Virus record (IMG/VR): IMGVR_UViG_3300032087_004763
Location: 78,382 to 142,381 of that record
Direction: 5' to 3' (one strand)
Source: a virus
Length of the DNA: 64,000 nucleotides
The notes beneath the pieces are model-generated. The model did not search any database and was not told where the DNA came from. It saw nothing but the letters and a program-made list of their open reading frames with translations. Below, one piece after another: positions 38,991 to 47,956 of this stretch (position 1 is its first letter; each line of letters begins with the position of its first letter). The position numbers and the translations under genes were made by a program.

Positions 38991-40437
38991 AGACGTAAAT
39001 AAAAGTTTACAAAAACAGACCGAAATCTTAGACGATGATGGTAAATTTTCGGCAATGGTCGCCGGAAAAACGCACGCACACTTAGAAACCTTAAACAGCA
39101 GCGTTTCTTCTCTTTTAGGAATATTTAAATCAAAATTTGAAGGCGACGATATTGAAGCAGCTCGTGAAGGTAAGCCAGACGTCATACCTCAGTCAGCTGC
39201 AGCTGGCGGTAAAGGCGGGGATGGCGGTTTTGATTTTCTTGCTTTTGGTAAGGGTCTTTTAGCTGGTCTTTTAGCAGCCATTCCGGCGATTATTGCAGGT
39301 CTTGTTGGTGCTGTTGTTGCTTCTTTTAATGAGTTTGCAAATGATCTTGCCAGGACTTTAGCGGCTAAAAAAATATTTAATTTTCTTAAGATAAGTGACA
39401 AGGTCAGAGACATAATTAAAACTGGACTTACAGGCCTGATTGCTGGATTAAAGACTGCACTTTTCTCTGCTATGTATCTTGGCCAAGACGGGAAACCGAT
39501 TGCTAAAGTATTTAAAGGAATTCAAGGAGCACAAGGTGCAGGACCATTTGCGAAAGCGTTAAGAGGTATTAAAAGCATAGTCGAGTTAGTCGGTAAAGTA
39601 TTTAGTCCTATAGTAAAATTGGTTAGCGGACCGACCGGTAAACTACTAAGTGGTCTTGGAAAAGTAATGGGTACACTTGGAACTGTATTAAGAACTATAT
39701 TCTTGCCTATCGGTATTTTATTTACTGCTTATGATACTATTAAAGGTGCGGTAGAAGGTTTTCAAAAGGACGGTCCATTTGGAGCAATTACAGGAGGTCT
39801 TGGAGGATTAATTGGATCAATTATCGGTGCACCTATAGATTTACTATTATCAGCCGTTGATTGGATTGCTAAAAAATTAGGATGGAGTGAGGATCTGATT
39901 CCAGATAATTTTAACGTTCAGAAACTAATTCAAGACTTCTTTTCAAATATTCCAACACTAGTTAAACAAGCTTTTTCATACATAGGAGACGCTATTGAAA
40001 ATTTTGAGTTTGGAATACCCGACTTAAAATTTGGTAATCCTTTTGAAAATATAACAGAAAAAATTAAGAATTTAGATCTAACCTCACTCAATTTCCCAAA
40101 AATTGGTGATTTCTTTGGTATAGACATGAACTTAGGTGATAAGCTTAAAGGTGCCTTATTACAATTATTCGGTGGGGTTGGTACTGGTCCGCTAGCTAGT
40201 CTTGGAACAGACGATGAAGATCCTTTTGTTGAAAGTAGTCAACCGTCTACAGCAACTACACTCAGAGAAGGTGGTGATGAAATGAGAAGAGGCCGCGGTG
40301 CTATTCTTAATACCGGGCCTCCAGTTAGTGTTATTGATGCTTCATCACGGATTAACAGTAGTCAGCAAACTGCTATGAGTATACCGACTACTGCTATGGA
40401 TCATTCCGATCCATACATGACACCCGCGTTAACTTAA
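38971..40437 (+). CDS. Tape-measure/baseplate hub protein (gp29-like)
   Basis: A/G/K/L-rich amphipathic helices; follows gp26/gp51. Confidence 0.65.
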   Translation: MAAITLEDVNKSLQKQTEILDDDGKFSAMVAGKTHAHLETLNSSVSSLLGIFKSKFEGDDIEAAREGKPDVIPQSAAAGGKGGDGGFDFLAFGKGLLAGLLAAIPAIIAGLVGAVVASFNEFANDLARTLAAKKIFNFLKISDKVRDIIKTGLTGLIAGLKTALFSAMYLGQDGKPIAKVFKGIQGAQGAGPFAKALRGIKSIVELVGKVFSPIVKLVSGPTGKLLSGLGKVMGTLGTVLRTIFLPIGILFTAYDTIKGAVEGFQKDGPFGAITGGLGGLIGSIIGAPIDLLLSAVDWIAKKLGWSEDLIPDNFNVQKLIQDFFSNIPTLVKQAFSYIGDAIENFEFGIPDLKFGNPFENITEKIKNLDLTSLNFPKIGDFFGIDMNLGDKLKGALLQLFGGVGTGPLASLGTDDEDPFVESSQPSTATTLREGGDEMRRGRGAILNTGPPVSVIDASSRINSSQQTAMSIPTTAMDHSDPYMTPALT

Positions 40438-41324
40438 TCGCTGTTAGCTAACTTAGCAAAGTATGACATTGTGTCATCTTCATCCGTATCGAACGGAATC
40501 TCATCAGCCGTAACTGGCTCTAGCGGTGCTGGAGCTGGTTCATTGAGCTGAGCTTCCTGCTTGAGTGTAGGAGCACCTGCTTCTACCTCTTCACCAAGAA
40601 CCCGCATCAACTTGGCCTTGAGCTCATCATAAGTCTTGTAGTTCTTTGGATCAGTGAACTCATTGAGTGGGTGCAACTTACCATAGATCTCTTCAAGCTT
40701 GTCATCATCAGCTAATGCGGATGGTGACTCAAACTCAGACTTATCGTAGTTACGATAGCCCTCGACATTACGAATCTTCAACTTGAAGTTCGCACCTTCC
40801 CAGAAGTCAAATGGGTTGACAGGTGTCTCATCCTGGAATGCAGGCTGCATGACATCCATGATCTTATCAAAGATCTTCTTACCAAACTGATAGAGGAAGA
40901 CTTTGCCTTCGTTATCTGGATTTGCAGGATCACTGATGATCTGCACATTGGTGACATAATGTAGACGACGCTTCTGCGTACGTGCACGGTCTTTATCAGC
41001 CTCAATGCCAGTATTCCATAGACGTGAGTTTAGCTCACCGACTGGATCTGGTTGACCGATAGATGTGAGTGATCTCTCGATGTACCACATACCTGTAGGA
41101 CCTTTAAATCCGTGATCCCAATACCGTACCCACGGAAGATCCTCACCTTCAGGTGCTGGTAAGAAACGGAGAACTACATAACCATTGCCTGCCTTATCGA
41201 CAGCTGGCTTATAGATCCGCTCGTCACCATAGTTCTTCTTTTCTGTGGTTCCGCCAACAGATTCTGCGGCTGAGAGGAGTTTGTTGATTTGATCGCGATT
41301 GCGCTTGAGGTTTTCGAACGACAT
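40434..41324 (-). CDS. Single-stranded DNA-binding protein gp32
   Basis: DKAGNG..V.RFLP, HGFKGPTG.WYIE, FGKKIFDKI, PFDFWEGANFKLK, NYDKSEF, acidic tail ending SYF..LA. Confidence 0.95.
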   Translation of the reverse strand: MSFENLKRNRDQINKLLSAAESVGGTTEKKNYGDERIYKPAVDKAGNGYVVLRFLPAPEGEDLPWVRYWDHGFKGPTGMWYIERSLTSIGQPDPVGELNSRLWNTGIEADKDRARTQKRRLHYVTNVQIISDPANPDNEGKVFLYQFGKKIFDKIMDVMQPAFQDETPVNPFDFWEGANFKLKIRNVEGYRNYDKSEFESPSALADDDKLEEIYGKLHPLNEFTDPKNYKTYDELKAKLMRVLGEEVEAGAPTLKQEAQLNEPAPAPLEPVTADEIPFDTDEDDTMSYFAKLANSD

Positions 41325-41356
41325 ATATTTTCCTTGTATTGCTGAAATATTACTGT

Positions 41357-41397
41357 ATTATACACTATATCTGTACCGAAGTACAACATTATTTATA
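41357..41397 (-). promoter_or_regulatory. gp32 tandem promoters: late TATAAATA (41390-41397) plus early-type TGTACT-17-TATAAT
   Basis: Both motifs read directly. Confidence 0.65.
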
Positions 41398-41409
41398 CGA
41401 CTCCTGTCG

Positions 41410-41979
41410 CTATTTAAATGGTGGACCTATAAACCAAGTTACTAATGAATACCTTACACCTTTCGTAACTGGACGCACTCTATGCGAAAGATAAGAAGGA
41501 AAAAAGATCATCATTCCTTTTTTATTCTCAATAGGATCCTCATTATAAAACTGTAATTGTCCACCCTCAAAATCATCATTCAGAACAAGACTCATCGAGA
41601 GTTTACGTGTTCTTTTATGACGTATATTACCTGGCGGCCGGTCGTAATAAGAAATACCTAAACCATCAATATGATAATCATAATACTGATTTTCTTGATA
41701 TTGTGTAATCTGCATAGTCTCAGCAGCATCAATATCAAAATGAGTGAGTTGTTCATTGGCCGTGACCATAAAAGGCCAAATTAAATCGTATATCCTTTGA
41801 TCTTCTGTCCATACGATATTTGAATCACGTACACTGGGTTTAACGCTGCCTTTTAGATTCACTTTGCCTCTAGTCCATTGATCTTTTGGCAGGCTTAAGA
41901 TGTAGTTAATGTCGTCATCAGATATTACATCATCAAATCGCCAGTGGCTAAAATCATTTAATTCCATATTATCAGTCAA
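41410..41979 (-). CDS. 2OG-Fe(II) oxygenase (prolyl-4-hydroxylase-like)
   Basis: YHID, RKLS.S..LN..FEGG.L, FPS...H.V.PVTKG.RYSLV.W. Confidence 0.9.
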   Translation of the reverse strand: MTDNMELNDFSHWRFDDVISDDDINYILSLPKDQWTRGKVNLKGSVKPSVRDSNIVWTEDQRIYDLIWPFMVTANEQLTHFDIDAAETMQITQYQENQYYDYHIDGLGISYYDRPPGNIRHKRTRKLSMSLVLNDDFEGGQLQFYNEDPIENKKGMMIFFPSYLSHRVRPVTKGVRYSLVTWFIGPPFK

Positions 41980-42202
41980 ATGCTAATTCATTTGTTCTTG
42001 GTAAAAAGTTAAGCCTTCTCGCTTCTGCCTCTAGTTTGTCCTTGATAATCGGATTGATAAACTTTCGGCAGTCTTCTATCTCAATGTTATGCTTCTCACA
42101 TAACCATACTATAGCATCCATATAAGATAGACGTTTCTCAAAGACCGTCTGCTCGACGAGCTTCGAAAACTTTGCTTTTGTTAAGAAATTTTCTTCGATC
42201 AT
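41972..42202 (-). CDS. Late transcription coactivator gp33
   Basis: F...VE..V.....SYMDAI...CE...IE.E...K.I...IK.KLE.EA..LNFL. Confidence 0.85.
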   Translation of the reverse strand: MIEENFLTKAKFSKLVEQTVFEKRLSYMDAIVWLCEKHNIEIEDCRKFINPIIKDKLEAEARRLNFLPRTNELAFD

Positions 42203-42921
42203 ATTTTTCTACGTCTCGGTTTACGTTTTGCCTTTTGCTCTTCCTTGAATGCATCGAGATCGGCGATCATAGAATTAATTAACTTAATCCTACGACTGAG
42301 TTCTCGCCGACCAAGATGTTTGTAGGCATCATGAGCTTCCTTACATGATTTATTGTATGCGTCTTCGTACTCAGGTAACATACGCTTCAAATAGGATTTA
42401 ACTGGCTCAACAGCCATACCTTTCAACTCATGAATACGGAATGATGCAACGATGTCAAGTGTTGCCTTTTCACCATCGTACCATCCGTCTTCTAATTTAT
42501 CAATATCGACCATAACAGTACGCTCGAGCTTGATTAGAAGTCTTTCTTTTGGAGACAGCACTCGCTTTGGCGGTGCGTCATCCGGTTGTTTCTTCTTGAG
42601 GATCTCCTTACCTTTCTCAATGAGTTCCTCGAAATATTGTTTGATATGCTCTGGATATCTAGCTGTCTTCTCGTCAAACTCAAGACCATTTGACATCCAA
42701 TGAATAGCTGCACCGATTCCTGTATACATCTGGAAACAGTACTCAGGATTTGCAAGAATCGCTGTGTAGTCTTTCTTATTATAATTCTTACGTACCCACT
42801 TCTTTACGATCTTACCGATATCTTTTCTATCGAGATCATAGCTAAAATAGTAGCTGCACTTGTCAAACCCTTGATCAAGTGGAATACCTTTCATTCCAGT
42901 AAGTATACGTTTCTTAGCCAT
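42199..42921 (-). CDS. Hypothetical protein
   Basis: 240-aa basic ORF coupled to neighbours. Confidence 0.6.
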   Translation of the reverse strand: MAKKRILTGMKGIPLDQGFDKCSYYFSYDLDRKDIGKIVKKWVRKNYNKKDYTAILANPEYCFQMYTGIGAAIHWMSNGLEFDEKTARYPEHIKQYFEELIEKGKEILKKKQPDDAPPKRVLSPKERLLIKLERTVMVDIDKLEDGWYDGEKATLDIVASFRIHELKGMAVEPVKSYLKRMLPEYEDAYNKSCKEAHDAYKHLGRRELSRRIKLINSMIADLDAFKEEQKAKRKPRRRKI

Positions 42922-43474
42922 TTGCTACATTCAATCCTGTTAGTATATCATGATTACCGAATGTACCTACCGCAAATGAATTAAATGCGATAGAGATTCT
43001 CATCTTACTTATCGGGTGTGGTGGTACATAGTGTAATAACGAAGATGGAAAGAGTATCAGGTCATTATCTTTGACCGACAACTTATATCTTGAATCTCTA
43101 TTATTGAAAGATGACTCACTATCGGATATAAGTGTGACTTCATCATCTGCGCTTACATAGAACACACCACTCACGATGCTGTTTACATGTCTATGTGGGT
43201 GTGTAAATTGATTCTTTTCAGTGAAGTTAACCCAACTCTGTGTGACGTATGGTTCAACATTTTTTTCTTTTAGGACATTTCTATAATACTGATTTAGCCT
43301 TTTTATGATAAACTGTTTTACATCTGACATAAAATCTATGTCCAAGACATTTGTGTCTTCACTTACGTAATGACTTGTCCCCATCCTACGTTCTAAAAAA
43401 TGCAAATTACGACTGACTTCATCAGGATAATGATCAGTTGCAATTGTAGTAGGAAAGATCTGATGATACTGCAT
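42914..43474 (-). CDS. Putative 2OG-Fe(II) oxygenase (TIGR02466-like)
   Basis: SWVN, H.H.NS.VSGVFY, LILFPS.L.H.V, RISIAFN. Confidence 0.85.
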   Translation of the reverse strand: MQYHQIFPTTIATDHYPDEVSRNLHFLERRMGTSHYVSEDTNVLDIDFMSDVKQFIIKRLNQYYRNVLKEKNVEPYVTQSWVNFTEKNQFTHPHRHVNSIVSGVFYVSADDEVTLISDSESSFNNRDSRYKLSVKDNDLILFPSSLLHYVPPHPISKMRISIAFNSFAVGTFGNHDILTGLNVANG

Positions 43475-43800
43475 TAATTGCGTCTCATCGTAGCATAATC
43501 TACTGGATTATCGTCTTTACCTACTGGGACGATGTTGCTTTTGTGGAGGGTTGCGAGTCCTGTGATGTAGTCTCCTGAGTATTCCTTTGCCGCTGCTTTT
43601 GCTGTTGCATTCTGGTTGTTGTTGATTCCTTCGTATGAGGGGATGGATTCAGATACGCGTAGATACGGCCGGCTCGGAACATATTCTTTGAACTCCTGTG
43701 AGATTGGTGCTGATGCAAACTTCTTTGCGCGTTTTAGTTCTGTACTATATATAGAAAGCTTCTCTTCACGGAGAAGCTTTTTTCGTCTACTTACTGACAT
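43474..43800 (-). CDS. Conserved T4-like hypothetical protein
   Basis: YSG..I.G.AT.HKSN.VPV...MRR motif. Confidence 0.65.
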   Translation of the reverse strand: MSVSRRKKLLREEKLSIYSTELKRAKKFASAPISQEFKEYVPSRPYLRVSESIPSYEGINNNQNATAKAAAKEYSGDYITGLATLHKSNIVPVGKDDNPVDYATMRRN

Positions 43801-43982
43801 GTGTCAAATTCCTTCATTGCTGAATATGTGTCTAAGACACCTGAGCTCTGAATGGTATTATACACCTCAATGTCGGACATGTACACAGAATTTTCACGGG
43901 CTAGTTTTGCTGCAGCCTGACGCTCACGGTTAATCTTGTTACCGATGCGGCGGATCATCTTTAAACGTTGTGCTTTTGTCAT
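43791..43982 (-). CDS. Hypothetical protein
   Basis: GAGGA RBS upstream. Confidence 0.55.
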   Translation of the reverse strand: MTKAQRLKMIRRIGNKINRERQAAAKLARENSVYMSDIEVYNTIQSSGVLDTYSAMKEFDTCQ

Positions 43983-44127
43983 AATTTAATTTCCTCTCAA
44001 GTTCATGACGTAATGTGCGAAGCTCTTCAATACGATCTTCGACTAATTCTCTCTGCGAGACCTCTTCTAAGAATCCAAGGTCTTCATCAATTGTGTTTAT
44101 CTTTTGGATTATATCTTGATTTTCCAT
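43939..44127 (-). CDS. Hypothetical coiled-coil protein
   Basis: ORF track; overlaps a promoter-like motif. Confidence 0.4.
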   Translation of the reverse strand: MENQDIIQKINTIDEDLGFLEEVSQRELVEDRIEELRTLRHELERKLNYDKSTTFKDDPPHR

Positions 44128-44145
44128 AAATGTACACTACTTTTT
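44108..44145 (-). promoter_or_regulatory. Early-type promoter: A-tract, TGTACA-17-TATAAT
   Basis: Matches the motif family at 46004, 47892 and 62837. Confidence 0.5.
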
Positions 44146-44155
44146 GCAATTATTT

Positions 44156-44749
44156 TTAGACGCGTTCGATTTCGACATGTCCACATTTGCCTTCATCATA
44201 AAAAGTTTTCAATTTCCATTGAGGATTATCATTTAAGAATCTTTCGATTACTTTCCATAATGCATATCCATTTTGTTTAATATCATGGAATGCAATGTAT
44301 TTGTTTACACTATCAGCATGCATTTGTAGTTCACGAGTTAAGTGAGATGGGTAATGAAGACTATCAATATGAAGCATATCCACTTTATGTACTGACTTTT
44401 TATCAGTAGAGCTACCTTCATACATAATATATTCCATAGGATTCCTTCTCATATACTCTAGAGCAAGAGGTTCAAGGGCTTTTAGATCTTCTTTTTTATT
44501 TCCACCTCTCCATTTTTTAAGAGTAACATCAACTCCAACTATCTTTTTAGGATTCTGCATCATTAACATAATAAATGATGATCCTTGGTTAACACCTAAT
44601 TCTGAAATACTTTCGCTATCTTTAGCGCATTCTATTAATGCATTATTTCTATGCTCAGTAGTAGGAGCTACCCCATTAATAAATGTTTCTTGATAAAGAC
44701 TCCATACATCTTCAAGGGTCTCAGCGGAGTTATAGTTAGTGTCTCTCAT
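44156..44749 (-). CDS. Class I SAM methyltransferase (Methyltransf_24-like)
   Basis: ELGV..GSS, GVD, DMLHIDSLH, IAFHD. Confidence 0.8.
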   Translation of the reverse strand: MRDTNYNSAETLEDVWSLYQETFINGVAPTTEHRNNALIECAKDSESISELGVNQGSSFIMLMMQNPKKIVGVDVTLKKWRGGNKKEDLKALEPLALEYMRRNPMEYIMYEGSSTDKKSVHKVDMLHIDSLHYPSHLTRELQMHADSVNKYIAFHDIKQNGYALWKVIERFLNDNPQWKLKTFYDEGKCGHVEIERV

Positions 44750-44757
44750 AATTATTC

Positions 44758-45021
44758 CTAGTTCTTGTAAATATTGTATAGATGAGTTTCAAATTGTTCG
44801 ACCTTCTCAATACGATTTGGCCAATAAATGTATTCCTTCTCTGGATTTTTCTTTAGATTATTTAAGAGAGGAGCAACTGCATTGTATAGCTTATCGATCT
44901 TTGCTTGCATCTCTTCTGCAGTTGATGATGCAGTTTGTGCAGTCGCAGTTGCCTTTTGAACGGCTTCTAGTTCGGTCTCGTCAACAGCTGTAAAACCAAA
45001 ATCAAAAAAATCTTCTGACAT
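44758..45021 (-). CDS. Conserved T4-like hypothetical protein
   Basis: FDFGFTAVDE.EL...PLL.NLK.NPEK.YI.WPNR. Confidence 0.7.
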   Translation of the reverse strand: MSEDFFDFGFTAVDETELEAVQKATATAQTASSTAEEMQAKIDKLYNAVAPLLNNLKKNPEKEYIYWPNRIEKVEQFETHLYNIYKN

Positions 45022-45062
45022 AATAGACTCCTTTATGGTCTATTTATCTAAAAAATAAAAGC

Positions 45063-45216
45063 GGAACGGGGAGACTAGGGTAACTCCCAAGGGGGTACTA
45101 TCTGATGTACCTTTCATCTTAGACCCCCAACAACCGTGCAGCCCGCTAAGGCATTGCCGCTAAGCACTTCCAGTCTACCTTACCCCCCATCAGAGAGAGG
45201 TATTCGGTCACGTTCC
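45063..45216 (-). ncRNA. Multi-stem structured ncRNA, possibly manA-like
   Basis: Closing GGAACG/CGUUCC; hairpin UACCUCUC/GGGGGGUA; AGACUGG/CUAGUCU; GUGC/GCAC; GGGGGU/ACCCCC with inner GAUG/CAUC; U-tract follows. GC-rich and non-coding, downstream of the tRNA. Confidence 0.7.
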
Positions 45217-45241
45217 TATCGGCGCTGCAGGCACCGAACTC

Positions 45242-45317
45242 TGGCCTCGTCGGCAGGATTCGAACCTGCGACCCTCTGCTTAGAAGGCAGATGTTCTATC
45301 CACTGAACTACGACGAG
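45242..45317 (-). tRNA. tRNA-Arg (UCU)
   Basis: 76 nt; acceptor CUCGUCG/CGACGAG; anticodon arm UCUGC-CU UCU AA-GCAGA; GGUUCGAAUCC T-arm; encoded CCA. Confidence 0.95.
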
Positions 45318-45320
45318 TAA

Positions 45321-45388
45321 AACTTATAAGGATGGCTACTCCTACAGAGAGAGGAGAGAGATGGCAGAAGTAGCCATTCTTATAAGTT
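45321..45388 (-). ncRNA. Hairpin RNA (25-bp stem, 18-nt anti-SD/anti-AUG loop), candidate antisense sRNA
   Basis: 24 of 25 stem positions pair (2 G-U); loop CAUCUCUCUCCUCUCUCU; 19 nt complementary to 59064-59084. Confidence 0.7.
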
Positions 45389-45576
45389 CACACCGGATTC
45401 CGATTGATATAGGAATCCACAATTTCTTTAAAGTTGTTGAGTGTGATCTCACCCCACTCATTCAAACTAATTCTCTGACCGTTCTCACGAAACTCCATGT
45501 AACGGTCAACAATAACTAATTCATCTAGCTCAAGCTTATAGACGAATCCTTTATACGCATACAATGACTGTGCCAT
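45388..45576 (-). CDS. Hypothetical protein
   Basis: GAGGAG RBS; coupled to the upstream stop. Confidence 0.55.
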   Translation of the reverse strand: MAQSLYAYKGFVYKLELDELVIVDRYMEFRENGQRISLNEWGEITLNNFKEIVDSYINRNPV

Positions 45577-45980
45577 TATACCATCTCCTCTAAGTAAGCA
45601 TAAGCTTCGTATGGAAGAGGCTCGCAGTCATCTGGAAGGCCTTTCTTCATTTCGGCCTCATAAGCCTCGGCCTCTTTCTCGAGCTCATACTGCTCGTTAA
45701 GCTGCTTAACGATATTATCGTAAGTAGCCTTTAACTCCTCGAGAGTCTTCTCGTCCCAATCGAAACGTAAGCGGCAGCCATACAGCTCCTTTGAAGCATC
45801 GCTGATATTGTTGATCAACGAGTTACGCTCGAAGTCCTCGACCGTAAAGATGCCCATCTCGTTCCAATGCGAGATATCGTCAGTCCACTTTGACATCCAC
45901 AGACCAGGCTCCTGAGCCATCATCACGTCTGCGTGAGCATTCAAAGACTCGATGTGCTGAAGTAATGTAGTCATATTCAT
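45576..45980 (-). CDS. Hypothetical early protein
   Basis: GAGAGGA RBS downstream of an early promoter; exact start uncertain. Confidence 0.65.
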   Translation of the reverse strand: MNMTTLLQHIESLNAHADVMMAQEPGLWMSKWTDDISHWNEMGIFTVEDFERNSLINNISDASKELYGCRLRFDWDEKTLEELKATYDNIVKQLNEQYELEKEAEAYEAEMKKGLPDDCEPLPYEAYAYLEEMV

Positions 45981-46003
45981 ATCCTCTCTCATTTGATGTA
46001 ACC

Positions 46004-46042
46004 ATTATATAGCGGGTAAATTCAAAAGTACATACTTTTTTT
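46004..46042 (-). promoter_or_regulatory. Early-type promoter: A-tract, TGTACT-17-TATAAT
   Basis: Repeated motif; would drive the hairpin/tRNA/ncRNA cassette. Confidence 0.7.
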
Positions 46043-46064
46043 CACATTATTTTTTCTTTTGATT

Positions 46065-46793
46065 TCAATGTTTTAGAGACATTTCGTAAATGTGATCGTA
46101 TAAGTTGATTTCTGCTTTCCATCCAAAAAGGTTTAATACTGTTGTGTCAGCTTTGTTATCAAGTCGTTCTGTCTCACCACCAACTTCAGGTCTATAGTCG
46201 ATATTAAAATACTCGGCTATATCTGTTAGCTTATTAGTAGTACCAGTTCCTACATCGATAACACCAATGAAGTCGCTATCGATCATAGTTTGAATCGCAC
46301 GTACCACGTCATCGACGTGTATGAAATCACGACTATGGTTTGTATTTAGATACTCCACCTCGTTATTCAGGATCTTTGGTATTAGCATCTCGCCTCTTGC
46401 TTGAGGACCGTATACTGTAGTAAATCTCAGTCCGACTGCATTATCATGCTCTAGTTGCTCCATGCAATATTTGCTCATCGCATAAGGATTCTTCCATGGC
46501 TCATGTGCAGTTGATGAGCTAGCATATATGATTCGAGTATCACTGTAATGTTGAAACAGCCTTTGAGTACCAATGACGTTGTTCTTCCAATATTCAGTAG
46601 GTCGATCAAGGCTATCCCTTACACCGGACATACCTGCCATGTGTACAACTAAATCTATATTATCAGGAAATTCTACTTCTAGTATGTCGTTACCGCTTTT
46701 AATATCAAGCCCGATGACATTATGGTTTTCTGAAAAGTAACGAAACAGGTGACCACCTATAAAGCCATCACTTCCTGTTAACAAGATATTCAT
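46065..46793 (-). CDS. NAD-dependent epimerase/dehydratase
   Basis: ILLTGSDGFIG, YASSS, YAMSK, LRF.TVYG, RDFIHVDD; start at MNILL. Confidence 0.9.
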   Translation of the reverse strand: MNILLTGSDGFIGGHLFRYFSENHNVIGLDIKSGNDILEVEFPDNIDLVVHMAGMSGVRDSLDRPTEYWKNNVIGTQRLFQHYSDTRIIYASSSTAHEPWKNPYAMSKYCMEQLEHDNAVGLRFTTVYGPQARGEMLIPKILNNEVEYLNTNHSRDFIHVDDVVRAIQTMIDSDFIGVIDVGTGTTNKLTDIAEYFNIDYRPEVGGETERLDNKADTTVLNLFGWKAEINLYDHIYEMSLKH

Positions 46794-47208
46794 TTTTGTA
46801 TTCCTCGCACAATGTTTCTTGAAGCCGATAGGCCTCTTCTTCCCATGGTAATGCCATATACTCATCAACAGTTGAATACAATGATATGTATTCCTCACCT
46901 TTCCATGACTTAGTGAACTTATTTACATCTTTTGTTTCACCACGTGCATACTGTTTGACGTGAACCATCTCGTGTGTGATAGCAGTAATAAAGTCATCAC
47001 CTTTTAGTCTACTATCTATCTCAAGAACAAAGGATCGCTTTGACTCAGCAAGACAGTATCCGTCTGCACGATCCATGTTCTTCTCCAGATAGAGAAGAAT
47101 ATCAAGTGTCTTCATTCGTGGCATCAACTTTTTGATACAAAATTCGATTACCATCTCTGCAGTCGTGCGCTTGAAGTGGCTGCCGCCAATTATCATAATG
47201 TCATTCAT
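46768..47208 (-). CDS. HExxH zinc metallopeptidase-like protein
   Basis: THEMVHVKQ, Y..LPWE.EA. Confidence 0.75.
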   Translation of the reverse strand: MNDIMIIGGSHFKRTTAEMVIEFCIKKLMPRMKTLDILLYLEKNMDRADGYCLAESKRSFVLEIDSRLKGDDFITAITHEMVHVKQYARGETKDVNKFTKSWKGEEYISLYSTVDEYMALPWEEEAYRLQETLCEEYKNEYLVNRK

Positions 47209-47696
47209 GCTGCAGCCTCTTTCTCTTTACGCTTCTGCTCGATCATAGGATTCACGAGATCTTGACGGAGATACCGATAGATCGTTCGGAAACATTCACC
47301 ATGACCGCGGTCTTTCTTCTGCTTATTTTTCAGATAAGGTGGGAACCAGTTGACGTAGGTGTACTGAATAAAGTGAGACACCTCGTGGGCCACAAGACAA
47401 AGTAAGATGTCAAGATTATCATTCACCTTGATACTGCCAATCACCGGATCATTGGTGAAACTCTTGTACTCACTCCACCCCGATCTACCGAACTGCCAAC
47501 ACAGTACGTTGATCGCAAGCTTATTATGACCAGCCCAAGAACGGCCGTTACGTCTTTTATAGACGTGCAGGCGGTTGACTGCATTCTTGACTGCAGACTT
47601 AGGAAGGTTCAACTCGTACTTCTTCTTACGAAGATGACGGACACAGATCTTGACCATGTCCTCGACAATCTTTTCTTTATCGCGTGGTATGCTCAT
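47205..47696 (-). CDS. HExxH (SprT-like) protein
   Basis: AHEVSH...HG..F. Confidence 0.65.
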   Translation of the reverse strand: MSIPRDKEKIVEDMVKICVRHLRKKKYELNLPKSAVKNAVNRLHVYKRRNGRSWAGHNKLAINVLCWQFGRSGWSEYKSFTNDPVIGSIKVNDNLDILLCLVAHEVSHFIQYTYVNWFPPYLKNKQKKDRGHGECFRTIYRYLRQDLVNPMIEQKRKEKEAAA

Positions 47697-47863
47697 TAGC
47701 GTACCACCTTTGCAATCGCACGTAACTCGCCTTTCACATTATCACACTTACGTGCAAGGTCGATACCTTTCATCATCGCGTGGCGCTTGCTAGTTCCGAA
47801 CACACGGAAAGACTCGTGGTACATTGCGTCAGGGCCAGAAACCGTAACATCAAATAAAGTCAT
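47696..47863 (-). CDS. Small hypothetical early protein (55 aa)
   Basis: Not in ORF track; GAGGAG RBS; MTLFDVTVSG...AKVVR. Confidence 0.6.
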   Translation of the reverse strand: MTLFDVTVSGPDAMYHESFRVFGTSKRHAMMKGIDLARKCDNVKGELRAIAKVVR

Positions 47864-47891
47864 ATTCATCTCCTCATCAATTTATGGTACC

Positions 47892-47930
47892 ATTCTATAA
47901 TATAACTGAGGAAATGTACATATCTTTTTT
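47892..47930 (-). promoter_or_regulatory. Early-type promoter: A-tract, TGTACA-17-TAGAAT
   Basis: Shares downstream GGTACCATAA with the 62837 copy. Confidence 0.7.
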
Positions 47931-47956
47931 CAAAAAAGATTTTGTAACGTTATCAA

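Noticed and set aside
45321-45388. Hairpin as a simple intrinsic terminator
   Set aside because: AU-rich 25-bp stem, large loop, only a short U run, and it would cut off the tRNA. It also would not explain the 19-nt match to a distant RBS.
45361-45519. Plus-strand 52-codon ORF (MAEVAIL...) with a perfect AGGAGAGAG RBS inside the hairpin
   Set aside because: Antisense to ORF 45388-45576 and the tRNA operon, with no plus-strand promoter seen. The RBS+ATG is better explained as the reverse complement of the antisense element.
46794-46898. Extended N-termini in the ORF track (also 12163-12293, 55848-55907, 48697-48723)
   Set aside because: They overlap upstream genes or promoters; downstream ATGs match domain starts and RBSs.
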